From: Vairimorpha necatrix
Lineage: Eukaryota
Direction of reading: 5' to 3'
NCBI GenBank assembly: GCA_036630325.1
Contig: CP142726.1
Span: 1,488,001-1,552,000 of the forward strand
DNA length: 64,000 nucleotides
Shown: piece after piece, positions 22,595-32,272 of the stretch
Numbering within the stretch: the first letter of the stretch is position 1
How the letters are laid out: every line of letters begins with the position of its first letter
Made by a program: the position numbers and the translations under genes
Notes under the pieces: model-generated
What the model was told of the DNA's origin: nothing
The model's database searches: none
Seen by the model: only the letters and a program-made list of their open reading frames with translations

Positions 22595-23665
22595 ATGAAA
22601 ATTCTCAATGAATCGATAGATAAGAAAAAAAGTAGCGGGAATTTCGATCTACTTCCAGAATGTCCTGATGACATCTACGAACTAAGTAAAATAATCGTAC
22701 AAAATGATAAAATTAAATCTTACACACATAGAAAACTTTCTATAGATGGTAGAAATCAACAGAAAATCGGTCTAATTTTGACTATAAAACTTGAAAGCTT
22801 TACAGCTGACTTGGAAAATGGGATTTTATACGCAAAAGGGAAAGTGTGCGCAGAAAATGAACATGTAAAATTGGGCTCATACCACACATTAGAAATCGAA
22901 CTAGATAAAAAATTCAGTCTTTACAAAGATAATTGGTCAAAATCAGATATAAATATTTTAAAAGAAGCTAGTAAAGGATCACAAAACATTTTATTAATTA
23001 TTATTTATGAAAAAGATGCAGTACTTTGTTTAGTAGGCAAAAATCGTATAAAAATTATCAACAAAATCGATATAAAAAACAAAAAATTTAATAATTTAAT
23101 AACTATTATATCTCAGAATATAGATAAAGTTGAATTTATAATTCTTTGTTCAGCTATAAATTTGTTAAATGATATAAAAAAATTTTTATTAGAAAATATT
23201 GAAAAAATAAAAAAACAGATAAAAAACCCAAAAATAAATGTAAAAGAAAAAATTTTAGATATAAAAATACCATCAGAAATGAAAAATTTTACTAACAAAC
23301 AAATAGTAAATTATATTTTTACAGATGTAGAAATATCAAAAAGATTTAATAATTTAAAATATATTACAGATATAAAAGAAATGAGTAATTATTTTTTATT
23401 ATTTGATAGAGGAAATATGGATTATTTAGTAGGTAAAAAAGAAATTAGAGAAAGTCTTGATTATGGAGCATTAGATAAAATTTTTTTTACTGATGAATTT
23501 TATAGACCACATGAAATTGAAAAAAGAAGAAAAATTGAAGATTTTTGTAAAATATTGGAAATTAGTAGAGTGAAAATTTTTATAATACCAGTGAATCATT
23601 TGTTAGGAGAGAGATTGAAAGAAATAGGTGGGGTATGTGGAATATTGAAATTTCTCTATAAATAA
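22595..23665 (+). CDS. DOM34: Pelota/Dom34 ribosome rescue factor
   Basis: LLPECPDDIYEL, ENEHVKLGSYHTLE, GERLKEIGGVCGILKF; ATG at 22595 after CCCC. Confidence 0.9.
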   Translation: MKILNESIDKKKSSGNFDLLPECPDDIYELSKIIVQNDKIKSYTHRKLSIDGRNQQKIGLILTIKLESFTADLENGILYAKGKVCAENEHVKLGSYHTLEIELDKKFSLYKDNWSKSDINILKEASKGSQNILLIIIYEKDAVLCLVGKNRIKIINKIDIKNKKFNNLITIISQNIDKVEFIILCSAINLLNDIKKFLLENIEKIKKQIKNPKINVKEKILDIKIPSEMKNFTNKQIVNYIFTDVEISKRFNNLKYITDIKEMSNYFLLFDRGNMDYLVGKKEIRESLDYGALDKIFFTDEFYRPHEIEKRRKIEDFCKILEISRVKIFIIPVNHLLGERLKEIGGVCGILKFLYK

Positions 23666-23874
23666 TCAATCTACTAGAAATAGATACATTTCTGTTTTTT
23701 AAAACAATTAAAAATATCATTAAATAAGCCTATTTTATAATAAATGTTTTTTACATGAGAAACCTCATTTAAAAATTTTTAATAAGTTGAAAATTAAAAC
23801 AGAGGCATACACATGTAGTTAAAATTAATATAGATAAACTTTTTGTTTATATTTTTACACTTCGAATCACAATT

Positions 23875-24180
23875 AAAATCTTATAAAATCAGTATATAAT
23901 CTTTTTTATGACCTTATAAAATCAGTATATATATTTTTTTTAAATTTTAATAATAAACTTAATATATATATATATCTTTTTTAAAATCTTATAATACAAT
24001 CAATACATAATCTTTTAAAATCTCATATAACTTTAAACTTAATATATAAATTTTTTATAAAATTTAATATATAATCTTTTTTATAAAATTCAATAATACA
24101 ATCAGTATATAAATCTTTTTAAAATTTAAATTATAAAATTAATATAAATTTTTTTATAAATAATTATAAACATTTAATTA
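23875..24180. repeat. Degenerate AT-rich tandem repeats (TTATAAAATCAGTATATA-like)
   Basis: Repeated unit visible at 23881, 23913 and further decayed copies. Confidence 0.6.
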
Positions 24181-24182
24181 TT

Positions 24183-25436
24183 TTATATCTCTTCAGAATC
24201 ATCTTTAAAATCTTTATAATCCCCAGAGTCCGCGTTATTTTCTTCTTTTATTTTTTCAAATAATTCTTCATAGTCACTGTCATCATCTACAAATGGTTTA
24301 GGTGGTACAATCATTTCCGCCGTAGGAGCATGTGACACATCTCTAAGATTTTCCGTGATATTTTCTATTAGCTTGTTTATATATTCAGTGGTGTTTTTAT
24401 TGATCATGTTGCTAACAGGTACATCAATTTTATATGTAGGCCCGAAATATTCATAGAATTCATTAAATGGCAAATCTGATTCGATTTCTTCTCCCAATAC
24501 AGTGGCTGTATCGTAAGCCCATGCTCTGCTTACATTTCCTATTGTGTACCCACCTCCGCCCAGTAAAATTAATGGGATATTGAAAGATTTGACATGTTTG
24601 ACACATTCCGAGTGGCCGATGTGCGACAAGTTGAAGCAGCCGAGTTTGTCGCCGGCCAAGGAATCCGCTCCGCATTGTAAAACTATCGCATTTGGGCGAT
24701 ATAATTCCATGACTTTATTTATGACAGATTTGAATAATCTAATGTATGTTTCGTCATCTATGCCATTATTAAGTGGTACATTTACTGAGTAATTCTTCCC
24801 TTTCCCCAGGCCTATGTCTTCTATACTGCCAGTCCCTGGGAAGTAGTCGCCGTGTTTATGAAAAGACACAGTCATGACACGATCAGTAGTGTAAAAAGCT
24901 TCTTCTACTCCATCTCCATGATGAACATCAATATCAATATATAAGACTCTTTTATTATATTTTAGTAGTTCTAATATTCCCAGTACGATATCATTTACAT
25001 AACAGAATCCTGAAGCTTCACTCCTTTTCGCGTGATGTAGTCCGCCTGACCAGTTTATTGCCACGTCATATTTTCCTGTATTAATTTTCTGGGCTGCGTA
25101 CATTGTCCCGCCTGCGGTAGACCGACAGAAGTCGTATAATCCTGAGAAAACAGGACAGTCGTCTTTTACGTTGAATTTGTTGAGATCATTTGAGATTTCT
25201 TGCATGTTTTCTGTTGTGACACTTGACAGGAAGTTTATGTAGTCGATACTGTGGAAATTTGTCAGATTTTTATAAGAAGCCATGTAAGGCTTCAGAATAT
25301 CCATTTTTTTATATAACCCGTAATTTACTATAAGAGAATGAGCCATTCTTACTCTTAGTGGTTTCATAGGATGACCTATTGAATAATGATAAGTTCCTAT
25401 TTCTGGATCATAGAAATAAACAATGTTTTTAGACAT
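24183..25436 (-). CDS. RPD3: Class I histone deacetylase
   Basis: GHPMKP, DCPVF, GGLHHAK..EASGFCYVNDIV, DIDVHHGDGVEEAF, GGGGY. Confidence 0.97.
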   Translation of the reverse strand: MSKNIVYFYDPEIGTYHYSIGHPMKPLRVRMAHSLIVNYGLYKKMDILKPYMASYKNLTNFHSIDYINFLSSVTTENMQEISNDLNKFNVKDDCPVFSGLYDFCRSTAGGTMYAAQKINTGKYDVAINWSGGLHHAKRSEASGFCYVNDIVLGILELLKYNKRVLYIDIDVHHGDGVEEAFYTTDRVMTVSFHKHGDYFPGTGSIEDIGLGKGKNYSVNVPLNNGIDDETYIRLFKSVINKVMELYRPNAIVLQCGADSLAGDKLGCFNLSHIGHSECVKHVKSFNIPLILLGGGGYTIGNVSRAWAYDTATVLGEEIESDLPFNEFYEYFGPTYKIDVPVSNMINKNTTEYINKLIENITENLRDVSHAPTAEMIVPPKPFVDDDSDYEELFEKIKEENNADSGDYKDFKDDSEEI

Positions 25437-25679
25437 GAGGGGGTAATAAAAAAAATATCAAGATAAAATTATGCAAAATAAAACCATGCAAAATAAAATA
25501 TGCAAAATTATCAATGAGATATTGTCATTAGTTTATGCATTTAATATTTAAAATTATTTATAATTTAAAATTATGCATTTATGTAATACATTAGTTTATG
25601 CATTGATAAAATGTCAAAAATATACTTGATAGATCTTATCAAATATTTACTTTATAATTTTAGTTTTACACTAGTAAAT

Positions 25680-25952
25680 TTATTTAAGTCCTCGCTCAGT
25701 TAAATTTATCGCATTCTCAAATGTATCAAAAATTCCTTCATTTGTTATTTTCCAATAATAAACATTCCCTTCTACTTTTTTATTATTAATGTAAACTGGA
25801 CAGTCTTTTGTATTGAGGAGTGTTTTCTTGAGATTTAGACCTCTGAGCTCAGCCTCGTCATCTTCCAAATTTACATGTTCAATCTTGACATTTTTGATAT
25901 TTTTACTGAAAAATGGGAAAATGTGCATGAATTTTGAGTGTCTACTTGTCAT
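25680..25952 (-). CDS. 90-aa protein, candidate minimal RNase H2 subunit C
   Basis: CCCCCC-ATG context supports a real gene; motif order HIFP / EAELRG.NL / YYW / D..ENAI resembles RNASEH2C/Rnh203 (tentative). Confidence 0.5.
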   Translation of the reverse strand: MTSRHSKFMHIFPFFSKNIKNVKIEHVNLEDDEAELRGLNLKKTLLNTKDCPVYINNKKVEGNVYYWKITNEGIFDTFENAINLTERGLK

Positions 25953-26093
25953 GGGGGGAAATAATTTAATAGATATAATATATTGTATATTATTATATAT
26001 TTAAAGGATATAATATATTGTATATTTAAATATTATTATAGATTGTATATATAATTTATTTATGTAAAAATTATCCATATAGTTTATAATTTC

Positions 26094-27494
26094 TTATGTG
26101 TTCATTTTGTAAGGAATCTCAAGTCTGAGATATTTCTTTATTATTTCTTCTTTATTCTTCTTTAAATATTCCATCACATCTTCTTCAGGATACACAATCT
26201 GATAAATCTTTATTTCTTTTACAAAATATTTTATAAATTTCTTCTCTATTTGAAGTCTCAAATCAAGATCTTTTATCTCAATCTTGGGTTTCTCAAATAT
26301 TACACTTGTTTTATTAATTAAATTTATCAGGAATTTATTGACTTTTTCTTCTTTATTTTTTAGATATTCAAAATACAGAATATCTTTATGATATTCTCCT
26401 AATATTAAACAGATAAAATGAATATTGAAATCTGAGAAATTATTAAAATCTAAATATTTGCATAAAAATAAACCTTCTTCGATTTGTCTGATTATTTTGA
26501 GAATTTTGGATGAGCAGCATAAATTAAATTTAGAAATTATTACATTTAAAAATTCAAAATTTAAAAAGAGGCCACTTTGAGATTTGTTACCGTCACTTTG
26601 TTTTACAGACTTATCATCTTCATTATAATAACTCTTATTATGATCATCATTGAGAATTAATTGACAAGATGTTTTTAAAAATATTATGTACAAATTATAA
26701 AGCCAATTTCCTCTCATCAAATGTATAAAATATTCTTCCTCTATAATCTTAATATTGAATACTGCTTCTGTATACTGATATCTTACCATATCATAAATTC
26801 CTTTATAAGCATATTTACTATCTAATATTTTGAATATTTCTATATTGACTCTTTCTTTAGAAACTTTATTTCTCAAATGATTTTTTAATTCTGCATAATT
26901 TAAAGAATCAATTACACGAGGAGAAATTGAAAAATCCAATTTTGAATGAAATCTAAAAAGGCGTAGAATTCTAAGTGGATCATCTTCAAATGTTTTATAA
27001 GGATCAAGTGGTGTATCTAACAATCTATTTCTTATGTCTTTTAAACCTCTACCAGTAAAATCTTCTATTTCTTTACTTATCAAATTGTAAAATAAAGAAT
27101 TTATAGTCAGATCCCGCCTGAAAGCATCTTCTTCAGGAGAGCCTTCTTTTATAGAAGGGATTCTTGAAATGGAATATGTTTCAGATCTTAGATTTACAAA
27201 ATCAATGAGGAGACCATTGACACTACAGACAGAAGTTTCTAAATGCTTGGATTTTTCGGGATTTGATTTTATAAGATTGACTTTTGAGACAGAAGATTTG
27301 AAAGAAGATTCTAAAATGAGGGCGAAGTTGTAGCCTGAAATATTTTGGAGAGCTATGTCTAGATCATAAGAAGTTATGCCCATGAGTTTGTCCCTTACCC
27401 ACCCGCCTGCTACTCTTGGGATAACATTGGAAGGTCTACAAGAGAGGATCATGTCAAAGACTTCTTGTTCTTCTTTAGAAATATCAAAATTCAT
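26094..27494 (-). CDS. CCA1: CCA-adding tRNA nucleotidyltransferase
   Basis: RVAGGWVRDKL, DLDIA, NPEKSKHLET, DFVNLR, EDAFRRDLTINSLFY, DDPLRILR; likely ATG at 27494 after CCC. Confidence 0.93.
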   Translation of the reverse strand: MNFDISKEEQEVFDMILSCRPSNVIPRVAGGWVRDKLMGITSYDLDIALQNISGYNFALILESSFKSSVSKVNLIKSNPEKSKHLETSVCSVNGLLIDFVNLRSETYSISRIPSIKEGSPEEDAFRRDLTINSLFYNLISKEIEDFTGRGLKDIRNRLLDTPLDPYKTFEDDPLRILRLFRFHSKLDFSISPRVIDSLNYAELKNHLRNKVSKERVNIEIFKILDSKYAYKGIYDMVRYQYTEAVFNIKIIEEEYFIHLMRGNWLYNLYIIFLKTSCQLILNDDHNKSYYNEDDKSVKQSDGNKSQSGLFLNFEFLNVIISKFNLCCSSKILKIIRQIEEGLFLCKYLDFNNFSDFNIHFICLILGEYHKDILYFEYLKNKEEKVNKFLINLINKTSVIFEKPKIEIKDLDLRLQIEKKFIKYFVKEIKIYQIVYPEEDVMEYLKKNKEEIIKKYLRLEIPYKMNT

Positions 27495-27595
27495 ATAAAA
27501 AAGGGCACAAAATAATCTAAACTGGTCTTCTAAACAAGTATTAAGACGAAGAGCAAGGCATAACTTCATGTGTCTAATGACTCTATAGTATAAAA

Positions 27596-27704
27596 AAAGA
27601 CCAAAAAATTTATTATTAAGAGAAAGACTATCAAATTTATTATTAAGAGAAAGACTATCAAATTTATTATCAAGAGAAAGACCAAAAAATTTATTATTAA
27701 GAGA
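27596..27704. repeat. 27-bp minisatellite, about 4 copies
   Basis: Unit AAATTTATTATTAAGAGAAAGACTATC. Confidence 0.9.
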
Positions 27705-28163
27705 ATTATTTTAGAATACCAGGACAAAGTTCTAAACTGATTTAATGTCGAATTTAATTCTAATTACACAAATTTGCATCAGATAAATTACAAGTGAATA
27801 ATTTGAGACAGCAGAATGCACACGATATTTAAAAAACAGCAACCTATAAAATTATAACTCGTGTCCATGAGCCAGGATACAATCGAATAGAATAATGTAA
27901 AGATATGTGTGAAACCACATTATAAATAAGACTCAAGAACATGAGACAATTGATAATGATCTGAAACTAAAAAAGAAATGCAATAAAATGTGCTATTATA
28001 CAAAAGGAAGCACAGCGATACTTCACGTCGTATAAAAATACAATTTAAAGGATTAAAAAGATGCATCATAAGGAATCATCCATGTTCTGCCAAATTTTTG
28101 CTTAACTTTCCACACTATTGATAATAATACTTAAAAATTTACACTGTTCAATTTTTTCACCCC

Positions 28164-29753
28164 ATGAAAAATGAACTCTGCGATTTGTTTCATAAAAATT
28201 TGTTTGCTGTGAACAAAGTAAGTCCAAATGAAGATACAAAATATCATAATGTTAATAAAGAAGATCATTTCAATTACAATAAAAAAGATCATTTCAATTA
28301 CAATAAAAAAGATCATTACAGTTCCAATAACGAAGATCATCAGAACAACAGAAATCATATAAAAGACGGTTCATTTTATGATCCGCTTTCCTTCTCCATA
28401 AAATTCCTTTATCTCCGTAATCTCTGCTCTTATTCCCCTCTCATCCTCCCCGCTGATTCTATCTCTTGTCCTTTCTTCAAGATGTGTCTCATGTCGTCTT
28501 ATAATGATTTCTCATTTCTAGACGAGTTCAAGTTTCTAGACCATGAAATTGTAGGAGCCCTCCCTTTAAATTCAGATATTCCAATTTTACATATTAAGAT
28601 CCCTAATACTAAAGAAATCTATCTTTATAAAACTAAGAAATATGAGTTTGATTTCTCTGTTAGTAAGTTGTCAATAGATGAGCAGATCTATTTGATATTT
28701 CATATGATGAAGATTTATAAGACTGAGTTAGATACAAATATAAGGAATATAAAAGTAAATGCTTATATCGATAGATTAAGCTTCTATAAGAATGATAAGC
28801 ATCCACATATAGATAGATTAGTAAAATATTATAATAGTCTTATTAATGATGAATACATAGAATTAGAGAAAGAAGTTCATAAAGTTTACACTGTGACGTA
28901 TGAAGATATTATGAAATTTCCTATGATTTTCAGACGAGATTTAGAAATTCAACTTGCTCGGGTTTATTTTAAATATTCGTACTATGAGAAATCTCTAGAG
29001 ATTTATAAGAAATATAAAATGTGTAAGGAAGAGATAGAATGTTTAATAAAACTAAGAAGGAATGAAGAAGCAATAGAAGAAATAAAGAGAGCACTTTATA
29101 AACTAGACAAAGAAATATTATCTAAGACGAGATCTAAACATAACCAAGAAAACATGACTTTTAAAGATAATTTAACATTTAAAGAGAAAGTCTTGTGCTG
29201 TGACTATTTGATAAATTTGGCCTGGTTGACTGAAAATGTCGAATATTTCGATCTCGCTCATAAAATTTACCCAAGTTTCGAGCCCTTAGAACAAAAGGCT
29301 TTATATTTTTATAAAACCCAAGATTTTATAAACTCAAAATTTACATACGAGCAAGTTTTGACTATTGTCCCACAAAATGACAGGATTTTATTCGCTCTCG
29401 CGTCTGTGAAGATCCACCTTGAGGAATATTTCGAGTGTATTGACATTTTCAAGAGACTTCTTGAAAATGATAAAAAGAATCCCGAATATTTAAGAAATCT
29501 TTCATTATGTTTTTATAAGATCGAAGATATTGAGAACTGTATGAAATATTTGAAGAGAAATGCTTTAAAAGATCATAAAAGTATGGACATGTATTTCAAG
29601 TTAGTGATAAAGAATAAGAAGAAAGAAGAGATATTGTGGTGTATAAGAAAGATTGAGAATATGAAATATTTAGAAATAATTAGTAAATATTTGATAGAAG
29701 AAGGAATAATTAAACAAGAAGAATTTAATGAAGCATATTCCAAAAGAAAATGA
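28164..29753 (+). CDS. TPR protein, TTC27/Emw1-like
   Basis: CCCC-ATG; C-terminal TPR array (LEIQLARVYF..SLEIYKK; YFDLAHKI; ILFALASVKIHLEEY; NPEYLRNLS); N-terminal 8-aa repeats NKKDHFNY. Confidence 0.75.
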   Translation: MKNELCDLFHKNLFAVNKVSPNEDTKYHNVNKEDHFNYNKKDHFNYNKKDHYSSNNEDHQNNRNHIKDGSFYDPLSFSIKFLYLRNLCSYSPLILPADSISCPFFKMCLMSSYNDFSFLDEFKFLDHEIVGALPLNSDIPILHIKIPNTKEIYLYKTKKYEFDFSVSKLSIDEQIYLIFHMMKIYKTELDTNIRNIKVNAYIDRLSFYKNDKHPHIDRLVKYYNSLINDEYIELEKEVHKVYTVTYEDIMKFPMIFRRDLEIQLARVYFKYSYYEKSLEIYKKYKMCKEEIECLIKLRRNEEAIEEIKRALYKLDKEILSKTRSKHNQENMTFKDNLTFKEKVLCCDYLINLAWLTENVEYFDLAHKIYPSFEPLEQKALYFYKTQDFINSKFTYEQVLTIVPQNDRILFALASVKIHLEEYFECIDIFKRLLENDKKNPEYLRNLSLCFYKIEDIENCMKYLKRNALKDHKSMDMYFKLVIKNKKKEEILWCIRKIENMKYLEIISKYLIEEGIIKQEEFNEAYSKRK

Positions 29754-30081
29754 AATAATATAGTAATATAGAAAATATATATTAAGATATAATACATAAG
29801 ATACATTAAGAAGTAATATAATAGATATTTAAAAATAATATATTAGATATATTAAGATACATTAGATATATTAAGATATATTAAGATATAATTAGGGAAT
29901 GAAAACATGGGTTTATTTATTATAAAAGAAGACAAGGGAAAAGATTTAGATGTATTAAACGAGGACACGACACGAATATTCAGAAAACAATATATACTAC
30001 ATTTGCCTTTTTGAAATATTTAACACTCGTAAGACTAAAAAATTAGATATATCAAATACAAATAAATTTTAAAGTAGTTTT

Positions 30082-32094
30082 TTAATTGGGCGAAACATCA
30101 GGCTCATTGAGCTTTGATAATAAACTCTTGATGGAACAAGGCTCCTCAAAGGGAATATCCTTGAAATTTACATTTTGTTTACAGAGCTCATCAAAATCTT
30201 CCTGGAAAATATTCTTCACTTCAAATGTCCCATGAAAACATTCATAAATTCCACATTCCTTCAAAATCTCCACATTGCTACTCGTCCCAAATACGAAGAG
30301 CTTCTTTTTATCTTCTTCTTTTATAAAAATCTTAATACATTGTAATATCGCATTACTAAATCTAGGGCCAATATTCACAAAATCTATTAAACCTTCTATA
30401 TCATCAAGAATTACAATAGATTCTTCACTTTTATAAGCATCCATAAACTTATTTTTAATATAATTCACTTTCTCATATTCTGATAAACCAATAATATTCC
30501 TAGGAGAAATCATTTTTATAAATGGAAAAAGAGATAAAATTGAACATTTCACTGCTAAATTAGTCTTCCCTACTCCCGGGTCCCCATAAAAAAGTAAAGA
30601 ACTCGTATTATACAAATTCGTATTCTTAAGTTTCCTTAAGAAATCCCTACCTAAATTTACTGCATTTTGGAAATTAGAAGTTTCATAAAAAGTCCTTTGA
30701 AATTTACAAAAATCTAATTCATTAATTCCAAATGAAGGTTTCACTTCATCGAGGGCTCTCATAAAATCATTCATATCTACTAAAATATTCGTATCTCCTT
30801 TAAATTCATCTTCTTTATGAACTTTCCTTTCTAAAGCGTAAGAAACTGCACTTTTTATTACTGCTGTAATTTCTGCTCCTGTATAATTTTTACTTAATTT
30901 CGCTATATTTTTCAAATCTACATTTTTGTCAATATAATTGGCTTCAGACATGGCTTTAGTGTGAATTTTAAATATTTCATTTCTTGCTTCTTCGTCAGGT
31001 AAGGAAATTTCTAAATGTATTTCAAATCTCCCTGGTCTTAATAAAGCGTCATCTATCAAATCAAGTCTATTTGTCATTCCAATTACTAAAACATTTTCTA
31101 ATGATTCAACTCCGTCCATTTTACTTAATAATTGATTTACTACTTGATCACCTACTCCAGAATTCTGAGAACTACCTCTCTTTTTACAAATAGCATCTAT
31201 TTCATCAAAAATTATAATATGTAGACCACTTTCTTCTTTTTTAATTTTCCATTCTTCTTCTGCGTCTTTAAATAAATTTCTTATATTTTCTTCACTTTGC
31301 CCAATATATTTATTTAATATTTCTGGACCATTTACAATTTTAGGAGGTCTGGCATTTAATAAATTCCCTAATCTTTTAGCTATTAAAGTTTTCCCTGTCC
31401 CTGGCGGGCCATAAAGCATAATTCCTTTTACATGAGGAATTCCTAATTTCTTAATTACGTCTTTATCAAAAACCCTTTGGACGAAAGCGCGTCTGAACAT
31501 TTTAGAAAATTCATTTTTTAATCCACCAATTCCCAAATTCGCGAAGTCGAAATTCGGGTCAAGTAATAAATTGTCTTTATTATTATTTAGAAATGTCATT
31601 TTCTGGGAATTAGTATTAACATAAATTTCTGTATTTTTTAATAATATTCCATTACTAGTATCATTATTTGTTAATAATTCTCTTACTGTAATAATAAATC
31701 CAAGATTATTATAATAAAAATATAATTTCTGCTCAATATTAAAAGGAAAAAGCCTGTAAATATTAGAGAAATGAGAAATGAAATCTTCTGCGTCAATATT
31801 CTCATTAGACATGTTTATTAATTCGACTTCTAGTCTTAAAAGCATGATTTGGTCACAAAGGACAGTTTTAAGAGGCTTGATTTTACAGATGTCTTTTTCT
31901 GGGACTTTGTTAAGAAATTCCCTTTGGATTTTACTAAGGAGAATTTTGGAAGTATTGTGGAAAGCAAATTTGAAAATTGCATTGTCGTCTATTTTAATGT
32001 AGTCATAATCTATGAAATCATTAGAATAAGGAATGTAAACTAAGTTGACTTTACCTTTGTCTGTTTCTTGAATTTTACTGACCGTGAGTTTCAT
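30082..32094 (-). CDS. SEC18: Vesicle-fusing AAA ATPase NSF/Sec18
   Basis: GIGGL..EF..MFRRAF, GPPGTGKTLIA, IVNGPEILNKY, FDEIDAICK, RPGRFE, second Walker A GDPGVGKT, GPRFSN; ATG at 32094 after CCC. Confidence 0.96.
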   Translation of the reverse strand: MKLTVSKIQETDKGKVNLVYIPYSNDFIDYDYIKIDDNAIFKFAFHNTSKILLSKIQREFLNKVPEKDICKIKPLKTVLCDQIMLLRLEVELINMSNENIDAEDFISHFSNIYRLFPFNIEQKLYFYYNNLGFIITVRELLTNNDTSNGILLKNTEIYVNTNSQKMTFLNNNKDNLLLDPNFDFANLGIGGLKNEFSKMFRRAFVQRVFDKDVIKKLGIPHVKGIMLYGPPGTGKTLIAKRLGNLLNARPPKIVNGPEILNKYIGQSEENIRNLFKDAEEEWKIKKEESGLHIIIFDEIDAICKKRGSSQNSGVGDQVVNQLLSKMDGVESLENVLVIGMTNRLDLIDDALLRPGRFEIHLEISLPDEEARNEIFKIHTKAMSEANYIDKNVDLKNIAKLSKNYTGAEITAVIKSAVSYALERKVHKEDEFKGDTNILVDMNDFMRALDEVKPSFGINELDFCKFQRTFYETSNFQNAVNLGRDFLRKLKNTNLYNTSSLLFYGDPGVGKTNLAVKCSILSLFPFIKMISPRNIIGLSEYEKVNYIKNKFMDAYKSEESIVILDDIEGLIDFVNIGPRFSNAILQCIKIFIKEEDKKKLFVFGTSSNVEILKECGIYECFHGTFEVKNIFQEDFDELCKQNVNFKDIPFEEPCSIKSLLSKLNEPDVSPN

Positions 32095-32272
32095 ATGGGC
32101 CAAAAAAAAACAGAATTAAATATTTTATTTATGCATGAAATATTTTATTTATGCAGATCTAAGATTTTATTTATGCATGAAATATTTTGTTTATGTATAA
32201 CTTTGTTTATGCAAATTTGAATTTATTTATGTATAACCTTGTTTATGCATAATAAATCTTAATAATATTTAG

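Noticed and set aside
27596-27704. Regular repeats as a possible CRISPR array
   Set aside because: Head-to-tail minisatellite without unique spacers; eukaryotic context, no cas genes
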